Assembly: GCA_965661285.1 (NCBI GenBank)
Contig: CBFIDD010000002.1
Location: 64,001-128,000, forward strand
Direction: 5' to 3'
DNA: 64,000 nucleotides
DNA from: Poseidonia sp.
GTDB taxonomy: Archaea; Thermoplasmatota; Poseidoniia; Poseidoniales; Poseidoniaceae
This document shows, one piece after another, positions 17,805 to 27,267 of this stretch. A program made the position numbers and the translations under genes. The notes beneath the pieces are model-generated. The model worked only from the letters and a program-made list of their open reading frames with translations, ran no database searches and was not told where the DNA came from. Positions within the stretch are counted from its first letter, which is position 1; every line of letters starts with the position of its first letter.

Positions 17805-20800
17805 CAAAGGGTTCCATCAAGGTATTGCTGACCGTAGTATTCCCACTGCTCTTGCGTCCAACCGGGCGGAAGTCCACCTTCAGGAAGGGGCGGGCCCCGA
17901 TTGGATGGCGGCGCATTCGATGCTGGTGATCCTGGATTAACCGATGATGCTGGTTCGACCTCGGGAACGACCTTTTCATGTCCTTCATCGCTGATGGGGG
18001 GTCCAGCATGGATCATCTCGGTGGCGTCAATCTCATCTGGTCCCGCAGGACGTCTTCTCATGAACACCACGAGGGCTGCGACCAGGACCAATCCACCAAA
18101 TCCGGTTCCGAGGAGGGCTTTCGTGGACATCGTTGAATCCGACGGCGGTGAGGCAAACGTGAGGTTGAGCGTCTCTGTTGTTTGAAGGAAGCCGTCGGTT
18201 GTTTTCGTTGCAATACGCAACTCACCTTCAAGCGGACCCGACATTCGGAGGACCTCGCAGCGAAGTTGAATGGATTGTGGCGTGATGTGGCCAGGTGAGA
18301 GCAGGCTTTCTACTCCTGATTCGTTGACCAATCGTTTGTTGCATGTGATCTGCCATCCTTCCGCACCCGTCAGGGTCGTCACAAGGGGTTCATTTGTGGT
18401 TGACGTCGATGTAAGGTTAATGGCGACCGGTGCAGAAGTTCCGTGAGGAATTGGGGCCTTCTGCATCACTCCTGTTTCCATTTCCACATTGCGCTGCTGA
18501 TTGAGCATGACGAGTGCTTCTGTGTTGAGCGTTCTTGGCAATCCTTCATCGTCCACGGCACCCATAACATCGAAACGAAGTACAAAACGTGTATTGAGCG
18601 GCGCCTCCTCTGGCACGAGAACATCCAGACGAAGCGTGAGTTCCCCACCCGCTGGGACCATAACGGGGACTTCACTTCCAGCGGTCCTGTCACCTCCATC
18701 CACGGTGAAGAATACCAAGAGACCAGGGACCGGTGGCGATGAGGAAACGGAGGCCTCGACGGCCAACCGGTTTTCGACAGCATTGCCCGTATTGATGAGG
18801 CGAGCCTCTGCAAACATGCTGCCCCCCGCCATGGTGGCCTCGGACTGACTGGAGAGTTCAATGGATGATATCCGAATTGAATCCGTGGCCATGACGAGTT
18901 CAATGGAATTATCCTCCGGCTTGAGGTCGTCTCCGCCCCCCTGATGCGCGGCCGTGATGTGGACGGTGTGCAGCTCACCGGCCGCTTCAGTCATCGGGAG
19001 CAACACCCACATGCTGATGTCTTCTTGATGCTCAAGATCGTACGAAACACTGAGGCTTATGGGTCCGGTGATGTTGCCTTCGTCCGAAGAAAGCCACCAA
19101 TCCCATGTTTCTGGGAAGTCCATGGGAGCCATGTCAACATCGGTGGGTCCATTGCCGTTATTGGTGATGCGCAATACGATCTCATTGGGGATACCGGGCG
19201 TCAATTTTGTCGGCGATGAGACGGCCTCAAGTTGAACATCGTGCGTGGTACTGACGCGCAATCCGTTGTAGGGTTCGCCTTGAATTTCCATGAGGCTGCG
19301 TTTTGATTCAATGACCGGTGTAATCGTTGGCCCTCTATCGTTGGCTTGTGCGTTGGCGGGCACATCCACCACGATTTCAAAGGTGGAACTGGTGCCTGCA
19401 TTCAAAACAGCATCCGGCCTTGTGGGTTGATGAACCGTCCATGTCCCTTCATTTTCAACATCAGCCCGCATCGAAAAGATGTCCTGACGCGTGGCGTTGT
19501 TCCATATTGTATACTTCAGGACAACTTGTGACCCCGCCTCTACATATTGATTCTGTGCGGCATCATGATTGGACAGGGCAACGTTCGCATTGCTGACCAT
19601 GGATGCGGAAACAGCCAATGTTTTCCGGTCAATTCTGTCTGAATCGTTTTGTGCTTGAAGAGTGAGGTCGAACTCTACCACAGCGTCTGGGGCTTCGTTG
19701 TTGGGCACGGTCATGGTGAACAGAGCCTGTACGGTTTCATTTGGACGAATCAACACGGAGGACGGTTGTGTCCATGCAAGACCTATTGTCCAGTCGCTGG
19801 GAACGGTTGACATGTCCATCTCGATGTCAAAGACATCGGTCGCTCCGCCTTGATTGGACAAACCAACCTCGAAAGTGCAGGTGTAGGACGGGGGGCAACT
19901 TGGGCGAACCGGTGCGGGAAGAATAACCGGTATACGGTCAGCTTTGACGAGGAATTGAACCGGAAGTACGGTGAAAATATCGGGGTATTGACTTGAAGTG
20001 ATGTTCACACTCATTTGTTGAAACCCAATCGAGGCATTTTGGTCGGGTTGGATGTTGATGGTGAATCCTGCAGGACTGCCAGGAAGCGCCACCAAGCCGG
20101 AGAGCGGGTCAAAACTCGTTCCGGACGGTCTTGAATAATACGCATTCCATGAAGCAGGCAGCCCTTCCAGTGTTGGAATGAATGTCTCGGAGATGTTCCC
20201 GGTGTTGATGATCTCTAGAGACACGCTGCCCCACGCTCCTGGTGTTGCCCCGTTGGTTGAGATGCCTTGAGCGGACACATTGTATTCCTCAGGTCGGACC
20301 TTTTGGTCGTAGACGATAACGATATCATCAATGTAGAATCCAATGTCGGTTCCCGAAGCGTCGGATGTGAATTCAAACTTGAACTGAGAGGTGCTGTGGA
20401 ACAAATCATCCGCGACTGGGATAAGCGGTGAATTGTGACCTTTGTTTGAAACACTGAATGTCTGCCAGTTCGCGCCGTCGGTGAAGACGTTGTCGATGGT
20501 TCCTGATATGGAACCAACTTCACTCCAAGCACCAAAGGCATTCCTGCCGTAAATGGTGAGTTTGTCGTTGGCAGCGGTGCTCCCTGTGTAAAAGAACGAC
20601 AGGCCACTCGTGCGACTGGGGTTCTTTACCGCATCTGAGAGATCCATGACCGGCGTGGTCAAAATGGACAGGGCATTGTTGTTGTAGTTGGAGGACTGTC
20701 CGTTCCCGGCGTGGCAGCTGCGACCTTGTGAAATTGATGTATCTGTGGAAACCTGCCACCCACTACCGAAACTCCAGACGTTTGACGCATCGCAGTTGAA

Positions 20801-21340
20801 GTATTCGTAACCAACCGTAAACGGTTGATTGCGCCGGTCGTTGCTGGGATTATCATCGGCAACCGTCGATGTGGCCTCAATTCGAAGCGTGTGGTTTCCT
20901 GCATAACTCGGTACGAGATTGACGTTGACGGTGTTTGAGGCTCCGCCGGCCAGCGAAGCCATCTGCACGGTTGAATTGCTGAACTCGAAATAGGTGTATT
21001 CGTCGTGAAGAAGGAGGACATTGACGTCAATAACGCCGGAGGGATTCGTACCGAGGTTCTCAACCGTGATGGTCAACGTGGCCGATATGTTCACCATCGC
21101 ATCGATGACAAAGAGTTCTGCAGGTCGATTAAATCCAAAGATTGGATGGTTTGATGAGAACATTTTGAAGGTGTTTTCATCGGCACTGTTGGTGTATTTG
21201 ACGCCCGTATCTACAACGCTCACGTCAACCCCGGTTGTCGGGCTGTGGCGCACAGTTGTCTCCTCAAGGGTTGTCGGCACGAGTGGCACAAGGGTTCCCA
21301 AAAGGAACAACACAACAAGGCCGGTTGCAGCGTACCTCAT
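17804..21340 (-). CDS. Large cell-surface protein with CARDB/NEW3-type Ig-like repeats, a C-terminal TM and a Pro/Trp-rich cytoplasmic tail
   Basis: Signal peptide; repeated N.G...D/E motifs (VENLGT, INTGNISE, SNQGGATD, TNNGNGPT); TM near the C-terminus; ends PPLPEGGLPPGWTQEQWEYYGQQYL. Confidence 0.8.
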   Translation of the reverse strand: MRYAATGLVVLFLLGTLVPLVPTTLEETTVRHSPTTGVDVSVVDTGVKYTNSADENTFKMFSSNHPIFGFNRPAELFVIDAMVNISATLTITVENLGTNPSGVIDVNVLLLHDEYTYFEFSNSTVQMASLAGGASNTVNVNLVPSYAGNHTLRIEATSTVADDNPSNDRRNQPFTVGYEYFNCDASNVWSFGSGWQVSTDTSISQGRSCHAGNGQSSNYNNNALSILTTPVMDLSDAVKNPSRTSGLSFFYTGSTAANDKLTIYGRNAFGAWSEVGSISGTIDNVFTDGANWQTFSVSNKGHNSPLIPVADDLFHSTSQFKFEFTSDASGTDIGFYIDDIVIVYDQKVRPEEYNVSAQGISTNGATPGAWGSVSLEIINTGNISETFIPTLEGLPASWNAYYSRPSGTSFDPLSGLVALPGSPAGFTINIQPDQNASIGFQQMSVNITSSQYPDIFTVLPVQFLVKADRIPVILPAPVRPSCPPSYTCTFEVGLSNQGGATDVFDIEMDMSTVPSDWTIGLAWTQPSSVLIRPNETVQALFTMTVPNNEAPDAVVEFDLTLQAQNDSDRIDRKTLAVSASMVSNANVALSNHDAAQNQYVEAGSQVVLKYTIWNNATRQDIFSMRADVENEGTWTVHQPTRPDAVLNAGTSSTFEIVVDVPANAQANDRGPTITPVIESKRSLMEIQGEPYNGLRVSTTHDVQLEAVSSPTKLTPGIPNEIVLRITNNGNGPTDVDMAPMDFPETWDWWLSSDEGNITGPISLSVSYDLEHQEDISMWVLLPMTEAAGELHTVHITAAHQGGGDDLKPEDNSIELVMATDSIRISSIELSSQSEATMAGGSMFAEARLINTGNAVENRLAVEASVSSSPPVPGLLVFFTVDGGDRTAGSEVPVMVPAGGELTLRLDVLVPEEAPLNTRFVLRFDVMGAVDDEGLPRTLNTEALVMLNQQRNVEMETGVMQKAPIPHGTSAPVAINLTSTSTTNEPLVTTLTGAEGWQITCNKRLVNESGVESLLSPGHITPQSIQLRCEVLRMSGPLEGELRIATKTTDGFLQTTETLNLTFASPPSDSTMSTKALLGTGFGGLVLVAALVVFMRRRPAGPDEIDATEMIHAGPPISDEGHEKVVPEVEPASSVNPGSPASNAPPSNRGPPLPEGGLPPGWTQEQWEYYGQQYLDGTL

Positions 21341-21369
21341 ATCCCTCAAACGAGGCAAGATTCGGCTAT

Positions 21370-22251
21370 CTATTTAGTGGCAATGTCGCCTTCAGACGGT
21401 GTATCGTTGGTCTGAAGATGCACTTCGACTTCCTTTTGTGCAAGGGATAACTTTGCTTCGTCCCTCTTTTCTTTGGCCCTCGCTGCAAAATACACGGTGA
21501 ACGACGGGATAAGCACCATGGAAAAACATCCAACGACGGCAGCGAGCGCCCACAGAAACTCGGTCGTAGCATCGACGGAAAAGACGGCAATGCTACCGAA
21601 GGCTTCGTTGGTGGTCTCCACCGAGATGCTCGGCTCGGTGGTTCGGTTTCCGCTCTCGATGATTTCAATTCTCAGGATAGACGGCGTGTGCGTGTATTGG
21701 ATAGCGGCTCGCGCTTTCTCTTCAGCCTCAACAATGTCGCTTGCAAATACTGAACCGTTTGATCTTCGTGCCGGGTCCACGGACGTAAGGGCGTAGAATT
21801 CGACGGTACCTCCGTCCTCACTGATGCGCTCATGGGTTTCGGTGTGGTCGCACAAGTCGGCGCAGGAGAATTCTTCCTCCAGTGGATTCTCGAGCGTGTA
21901 GGTTGAACCGAGGAGTTCATGGCTGTACAATTTCGCTACGCTGGTCACCTTGAGAACGGCCCCGCTGGAGAGTTCGGTGGCGGTCACGTTGACCCAAGTG
22001 AGGTTTGCGTCGTCAGCGATGACCTGCCAAGCCCAAGTTGTGGTGTTGTCATCTGCGTCGTAGGAGCGTTGGACTTCCTCGTCAGCTGAAGAAGCGCTGT
22101 ATTCGTTCACGCTCGGCTCGGTTTGGTAGATGTAAACCGATGGCGAGACCGTGGCGCCGTAGACCGCGTAGGAGAGCATGAAAATGAGGGTCAAAGAGAG
22201 TCCGATGAGGGTCCGCAGAAGGTTGGGATTCTGGGCCAAGGCTTTCTTCAT
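21370..22251 (-). CDS. Hypothetical membrane protein (two TM helices flanking an extracytoplasmic domain)
   Basis: Hydrophobic segments LIGLSLTLIFMLSYAVYG and FLWALAAVVGCFSMVLIPSFTVYF; basic C-terminal tail. Confidence 0.7.
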   Translation of the reverse strand: MKKALAQNPNLLRTLIGLSLTLIFMLSYAVYGATVSPSVYIYQTEPSVNEYSASSADEEVQRSYDADDNTTTWAWQVIADDANLTWVNVTATELSSGAVLKVTSVAKLYSHELLGSTYTLENPLEEEFSCADLCDHTETHERISEDGGTVEFYALTSVDPARRSNGSVFASDIVEAEEKARAAIQYTHTPSILRIEIIESGNRTTEPSISVETTNEAFGSIAVFSVDATTEFLWALAAVVGCFSMVLIPSFTVYFAARAKEKRDEAKLSLAQKEVEVHLQTNDTPSEGDIATK

Positions 22252-22391
22252 CAGCCACACCACCCGAGCGCTCTTCAAGAAGGCTTGTATTCAGCGTCTT
22301 GGCAGACAAATTTTGAGACCTCCTGAACGGGTGCTTGACCCGCTGTTTTCATATAGGGGCGGACGGTCGGCATCATGCTTGGTGCATCACG

Positions 22392-22883
22392 ATGACGACC
22401 GTCTATGACATCCCTGCTGACATTTTCAACCCTGCACTTGCTGCAGCAATGGAAGACCAAACGGCTGTTTCCACGCCTGATTGGGGCGAATACGTCAAGA
22501 CCGGCGTCGACCGAGAGCGACCCCCCACGCAAGAAAATTGGTGGTACCTGCGAACGGCTGCCATCTTGCGCAAGGTCGCTCGAAACGGGCCGATCGGTGT
22601 CACTCATCTCGCTCAAGCATTCGGTGGCAAGAAAGACAACGGCGCCATGCCAAACACACCTGGTGTGGCCTCCCGCCACATCATCCGCACCGCTCTTCAG
22701 CAACTCGAAGATGCAGGTCTCGTCGAGAAAGTCCCCACCAAGGAAGTGGAAACAGAAGACGGAAAGGTGCAACTCTACGCCGGTCGCCGCATTACCGCAG
22801 CCGGCCAGAAATTGGTTGACAACATCGCTCATTCGGTTCGTGAAGAAGCCGAAGCCCAGTACCCCGGTCTGGAAAAGTATTGA
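22392..22883 (+). CDS. rps19e: 30S ribosomal protein S19e
   Basis: MTTVYDIP, VKTGVDRERPP..WWYLRTAAILRK, IIRTALQQLE.AGLV. Confidence 0.97.
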   Translation: MTTVYDIPADIFNPALAAAMEDQTAVSTPDWGEYVKTGVDRERPPTQENWWYLRTAAILRKVARNGPIGVTHLAQAFGGKKDNGAMPNTPGVASRHIIRTALQQLEDAGLVEKVPTKEVETEDGKVQLYAGRRITAAGQKLVDNIAHSVREEAEAQYPGLEKY

Positions 22884-22909
22884 TTCGGGGATGTGTGAGA
22901 GTGTCAACC

Positions 22910-23269
22910 ATGAGCGCCAACCACGATGATGAGTTGGCCGCTCTACGTGCACAGCGCCTCAAGCAACTCCAAGACCAACTTCAACAGCAAGCATCCCAGC
23001 AATTACAAGCTGAAGAGCAAGCTCAGCAACAAGCGATCGAATCCGCAAACGTTGACGCAGTTCTCCGTCGCCACCTTTCACCCGATGCTCGAGCAAGACT
23101 CACACGAATTGGCCTGGTTGACCCAAAGCGGTCGAACGCCATCAAAGCCGACCTCGCTGCTATGCTTGAGCAAGGTTCCATTCCATCCCCCATGAGTGAT
23201 GTTGCCCTGAAGCAAGTCCTCGCCCAACTGTCCAAGAGCCGCAAAAATGCGTCCGTTAGGAGAATCTGA
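22910..23269 (+). CDS. PDCD5-family DNA-binding protein
   Basis: [31 protein letters not shown]-terminal RRI; usual position after rps19e. Confidence 0.88.
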   Translation: MSANHDDELAALRAQRLKQLQDQLQQQASQQLQAEEQAQQQAIESANVDAVLRRHLSPDARARLTRIGLVDPKRSNAIKADLAAMLEQGSIPSPMSDVALKQVLAQLSKSRKNASVRRI

Positions 23270-23282
23270 GAAGGTGCTCGAA

Positions 23283-23438
23283 ATGTCAAAAAATAAACCA
23301 GCAGCAAAGAAAATACGCCTCTTGAAGGCAGGAAAGCAGAACCGGCGTGTCCCCGTTTGGGTCATGCTCAAGACCGACCGAAACACGGTGTCTCACCCAA
23401 AGCGACACCAATGGCGACGTAGCAAGTTGCAACGATAA
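23283..23438 (+). CDS. rpl39e: 50S ribosomal protein L39e
   Basis: [43 protein letters not shown] (51 aa). Confidence 0.97.
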   Translation: MSKNKPAAKKIRLLKAGKQNRRVPVWVMLKTDRNTVSHPKRHQWRRSKLQR

Positions 23439-23448
23439 GGTGATTGAG

Positions 23449-23724
23449 ATGGCACGACCGAATGAATCTGAACTGATCGTTCCTCTGCGTAATGCATGGA
23501 ACATCACACGCTACAAGCGAGCCCCCCGAGCCATGCAAATCATCCGTGAACAGGTGATTCGCCACCTCAAGGTCCGAGAGGATGAAGAACTCTACATTGA
23601 CCCCGAGGTCAATGAACACATCTGGAAGCGAGGTATTGAAAACCCGCCCCGCAAAGTCCGTTTGCTGTGCATTCGCCACGATGAACCTGACTTCCCTGTT
23701 GAAGTAAAACTGATGAAGGAGTGA
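23449..23724 (+). CDS. rpl31e: 50S ribosomal protein L31e
   Basis: [31 protein letters not shown]. Confidence 0.96.
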   Translation: MARPNESELIVPLRNAWNITRYKRAPRAMQIIREQVIRHLKVREDEELYIDPEVNEHIWKRGIENPPRKVRLLCIRHDEPDFPVEVKLMKE

Positions 23725-23729
23725 AATGT

Positions 23730-23921
23730 ATGGGAAATATTCGTCCAAGTTTTATCAAAATCCGAGCCATCCGTCTCTGTGAGGAGCACGGTGAAAAATT
23801 CACCGAGGACTTCGACCACAACAAGCACATGGTCGCTGAACTGACCGACGTCAGTTCAAAGAAACTCCGCAACTGGATTGCGGGGTATGTCACTCGATAC
23901 CGACAACGTCGAACCGACTGA
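23730..23921 (+). CDS. rps17e: 30S ribosomal protein S17e
   Basis: [33 protein letters not shown]. Confidence 0.97.
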   Translation: MGNIRPSFIKIRAIRLCEEHGEKFTEDFDHNKHMVAELTDVSSKKLRNWIAGYVTRYRQRRTD

Positions 23922-23931
23922 TGGTGTTTCT

Positions 23932-24150
23932 GTGCCGCTGTGGGTCGATTGGGATCGACAACCGGTGAGTGTTCACAGCGACGACCAGGAGCAACTTGAG
24001 GGCCTGATTCGCCACCTGAAATCCCAGCATAACGTGCGCAAGCGCTCGTTGGTGATGGCTGACCGAGAGAACGGCGGTTTCCTCTTTTTTCTGTATCAGT
24101 CATGCGATCCGCGATGGATAGCGGCCTTTGTGAACAACGACGGAGCGTGA
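23932..24150 (+). CDS. Small hypothetical protein (72 aa)
   Basis: Fills the gap between rps17e and the SPOUT gene; GTG 23932 follows GGTG; sequence MPLWVDWDRQPVSVH..; start uncertain. Confidence 0.55.
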   Translation: MPLWVDWDRQPVSVHSDDQEQLEGLIRHLKSQHNVRKRSLVMADRENGGFLFFLYQSCDPRWIAAFVNNDGA

Positions 24151-24154
24151 TTCC

Positions 24155-24979
24155 TTGGGTGAACGACAAGACCTCCCTCTGCCTCGTGGTCGGTTTGACA
24201 TCGTCGTTGTATTGGTTGGCGTCAGCCACCCGGGCAATCTCGGTGCCATTTGTAGAAGCATGCTGAATTTTGGTTTTGATGACCTGCGCCTTGTTGACCC
24301 AAAATGCTCACCCGATGATGGCGAAACCCGTGCACGGGCCAAACACGCCTCCAGGCTTTTGGACTGCGTCCAAACCTATGGCAGTATATCGGAAGCTGCT
24401 CATGATTGTTCCACGGTTATCGGCACCTCGGGGAAACGTGAGGTCGGGGAGAAGACATTGTTCCGGCACTACCTCTACCCTTGGGGCATGGTCGAACGAT
24501 TGAATGAGAGCCGTGGAAAAGCCGCTCTTGTGTTCGGGGAGGAAGGAACGGGACTCTCTGCTGACGATCTCGGTGAATGCGATTATTTTGTGACGCTGCC
24601 GACATGGGAAGGGTATCCTATTGCGAACCTCAGCCACGCCGTCAGTTCTTTGCTCTATGAAGTCCAGCGCCATCGTGTTCAGTCCAGTCAGGGTGAAGAT
24701 CCTGGCCTGCCGGATATTGTCCCCCTTGAGTCCACGCTGGACCCGGCCGTGCGCGGAGCGCTCATCAAAGCCATTGAGCAATTCGCTCAACAAATTTCCT
24801 CGAATGCCGAGCGCCGTCAATCCATTGAACAAACGCTGCGGAGAACGTTGCTGAAGGGGACGCCTTCCACGGAGGAATCAACCCGTCTCATCGGAGCGTT
24901 CGTTGAGGCAACATCAGCGATGGAATTCGCTTCGGGCGATGATGCGTGGATGAAAGACCATCGGCGTAAACTACGCTGA
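24155..24979 (+). CDS. SPOUT RNA 2'-O-methyltransferase, TrmJ/TrmH family
   Basis: HPGNLGAICRSMLNFG, ALVFGEEGTGLS, YPIANLSHAV. Confidence 0.9.
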   Translation: MGERQDLPLPRGRFDIVVVLVGVSHPGNLGAICRSMLNFGFDDLRLVDPKCSPDDGETRARAKHASRLLDCVQTYGSISEAAHDCSTVIGTSGKREVGEKTLFRHYLYPWGMVERLNESRGKAALVFGEEGTGLSADDLGECDYFVTLPTWEGYPIANLSHAVSSLLYEVQRHRVQSSQGEDPGLPDIVPLESTLDPAVRGALIKAIEQFAQQISSNAERRQSIEQTLRRTLLKGTPSTEESTRLIGAFVEATSAMEFASGDDAWMKDHRRKLR

Positions 24980-25429
24980 TCAAGGTCGCCATGTGGCGAC
25001 AGATTTCGGTGTTTCTCGACAGTGCATGGCCACAAGGCGAAGACGGTTGCCATAGGTTGAGGAGATGTGCGGCGCCACTGCATCAAACGCCCATTTCGCA
25101 AGATTTTCTGCCGTCGGGATGAAGGTTACAATCACGGTTCTGTGCCCTTCGCCCATGCACATGCACGCTTTTTTCCCTTCTTCGTCGCCTTCGTAGATGA
25201 CGAACGCATGGTCAATGACATCGTGAACATGTTCCATCAACACCTTGCTGATATCAGAGAAATCCATCAACATCCCTTCGTCAGAAACACCAGAGACCTC
25301 AACCACGTCGCCTTCGATTTCTGCTTCAAACCTGTAACGATGTCCGTGAAGGTGCCTGCATTTTGACTTATGATTTGGCACCCTGTGGCCCGTGTCGGTC
25401 TCTACATAGCGTCGTATTGTGGTCGTCAA
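24980..25429 (-). CDS. queD: 6-carboxy-5,6,7,8-tetrahydropterin synthase
   Basis: GHRV..KCRHLHGHRY, GMLMDF, DHAF, PTAENLA, ETP. Confidence 0.93.
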   Translation of the reverse strand: MTTTIRRYVETDTGHRVPNHKSKCRHLHGHRYRFEAEIEGDVVEVSGVSDEGMLMDFSDISKVLMEHVHDVIDHAFVIYEGDEEGKKACMCMGEGHRTVIVTFIPTAENLAKWAFDAVAPHISSTYGNRLRLVAMHCRETPKSVATWRP

Positions 25430-26586
25430 TGTTCTTCCTCCTCGTCCAATTCAAACGAAAGTGAAGCGGAGTTGATGCAATAGCGCTCTCCGCCATAAGC
25501 TGCAGGGCCATCGTTGAACACGTGTCCAAGATGGGCATCACAAACACTGCACCTAACCTCAACACGAACCATCCCGTGCGTATAGTCGTCAATTCTGACA
25601 ATATTGGCTTCCCTATGTTCAGTATGGAACGATGGCCAACCGCACCCGGAATCAAATTTCATGGTCGAGGTGAACAAAAGCGTTGAACAGCATATACATC
25701 GATAATCTCCCGCTCGTTTCTCATTCCAATATTCGCCCGTAAATGCACGCTCTGTTCCCGATTGTCTCGTGACATGGTACTGAAGGTCAGTAAGGCGCTC
25801 TTTGTAATCCTCCTCTCGATGACGTCGTTGCGTTTCCAGGGCATCCTCAAGCACCTCGCGCCAGGGTTTGATGTAGTCAATGGGGTCCTGTCTTCCGATG
25901 GCGTGAAAGGCCAATATTCGTTCAACATCCGAGCCTGTACCACCGTGGGAACGCCCATCTGCATCTGGTGCATAGGAGGTAAGCGTCCTCGAAAAGACCT
26001 CATCGAAATCAAGACCTAGGGCGGCGATCGATGTTTCAGCATCTCGCAGAATACCGATTTTATCGCTCTCCAGATAGGGCAGGGTGAACGAAACGCGCTC
26101 ACTCTCCCAATTGCCGATGGCAAAAGCATGCTCCAGGGCCGTGTAAAATTCAGGGCGACAGTCGGGATAGATGGCGTGGTCGCCGCTGTGAACGCCGAGA
26201 ACAATTTCCGCCGTTGTATCGTGTTTGGTGGCCTGTGAGAGTGCAACGCCGTACAAAAGGGAGGAGAACAGGGCATTCCGGTTTGGCACAATGGTTGCTT
26301 TCATGTTCTCCTCTTCATAGTGTCCTTCTGGGACATCTTCGCCACCCTCAAGAAGATGGCTCTCAAACAGAGCAGTGGCCGACGAGAGGTCGGCAACGTG
26401 ATGATTGACATTAAACCCGTTTTCGGCCAAATAGGCCACCAGTGATGTTGCTCTTTCCAGTTCAATCGCGTGTTTTTGCCCGTAATTGAAGGAAATGGCG
26501 GTCACGGTGTAGTTTTCCCGTAGTAAGTGAAGAAGCAAGGAGGAAGAATCCATTCCCCCACTTAAGGCCATGACTGCGAGTTTCAT
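25426..26586 (-). CDS. queC: 7-cyano-7-deazaguanine synthase QueC fused to methionine-R-sulfoxide reductase MsrB
   Basis: N-terminal SGGMDS, FNYGQKH, VPNRN, HSGDHAIYPDCRPEF; C-terminal GTERAF, RCICC, KFDSGCGWPSF, RCSVCDAHLGHVFNDGP, RYCINSASL; one uninterrupted ORF. Confidence 0.93.
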   Translation of the reverse strand: MKLAVMALSGGMDSSSLLLHLLRENYTVTAISFNYGQKHAIELERATSLVAYLAENGFNVNHHVADLSSATALFESHLLEGGEDVPEGHYEEENMKATIVPNRNALFSSLLYGVALSQATKHDTTAEIVLGVHSGDHAIYPDCRPEFYTALEHAFAIGNWESERVSFTLPYLESDKIGILRDAETSIAALGLDFDEVFSRTLTSYAPDADGRSHGGTGSDVERILAFHAIGRQDPIDYIKPWREVLEDALETQRRHREEDYKERLTDLQYHVTRQSGTERAFTGEYWNEKRAGDYRCICCSTLLFTSTMKFDSGCGWPSFHTEHREANIVRIDDYTHGMVRVEVRCSVCDAHLGHVFNDGPAAYGGERYCINSASLSFELDEEEEH

Positions 26587-26598
26587 TGTATCATCTCC

Positions 26599-27258
26599 TT
26601 ACAGTATGCCCATCCATTTGTGGGTTTGTAATGACAATCGCCACGCCGGATTGTCCTTTACGACGGCCTCGGTAAGAGCAAAACCCCGCCCGTTTTCCTC
26701 TACTGTGGCTCCTTCATCGTAGCAGGGTTGAAGGAAAAGATGTGAAAAACCGTCCTTAAGGTCATCATACATTGAGAGCGATTGTCCAACATAAACGCAT
26801 TTGAGTTCGTCTCCCACACGTTGTTTAATTGAGACATTGGGGTACATCTGGTCTTTCGGTGAAATGCAAATCCAATCCAATAACCCATCGGGGATGGCTA
26901 CAGTACCGTTTGATTCCACTGAGAGATGGTAATTTTGCAGTTTCAGCATTCGAGCCAACGGCCAGAGGTCGTTGAGCATGGGCTCACCTCCCGTGAAAAT
27001 GATGTTTTTGCACGGGTACTCGTTCACCTTCTCCATGATCTGTTGAGCCGTCATGGCTTCGTATTCATCGAAATTGGTATCGCACCACTCGCAGCGTAGA
27101 TTGCATTTGCCAAACCGAATGAACACATGGGGTATGCCGCTTCGGAACCCTTCGCCTTGAACGGAATGAAAAATCTCGACGATATTGTAAACATAGGAAG
27201 GGTCGCTCTCCCGCACCTCAAGGCGGGGCCGCAGCACAACTTCACTCCTCTCCGGCAC
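26599..27258 (-). CDS. queE: 7-carboxy-7-deazaguanine synthase (radical SAM)
   Basis: EIFHSVQGEG, CNLRCEWCDT, TGGEP, ISPK, LQP, RLSLQTHK. Confidence 0.95.
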   Translation of the reverse strand: MPERSEVVLRPRLEVRESDPSYVYNIVEIFHSVQGEGFRSGIPHVFIRFGKCNLRCEWCDTNFDEYEAMTAQQIMEKVNEYPCKNIIFTGGEPMLNDLWPLARMLKLQNYHLSVESNGTVAIPDGLLDWICISPKDQMYPNVSIKQRVGDELKCVYVGQSLSMYDDLKDGFSHLFLQPCYDEGATVEENGRGFALTEAVVKDNPAWRLSLQTHKWMGIL

Positions 27259-27267
27259 GTTCTCACC

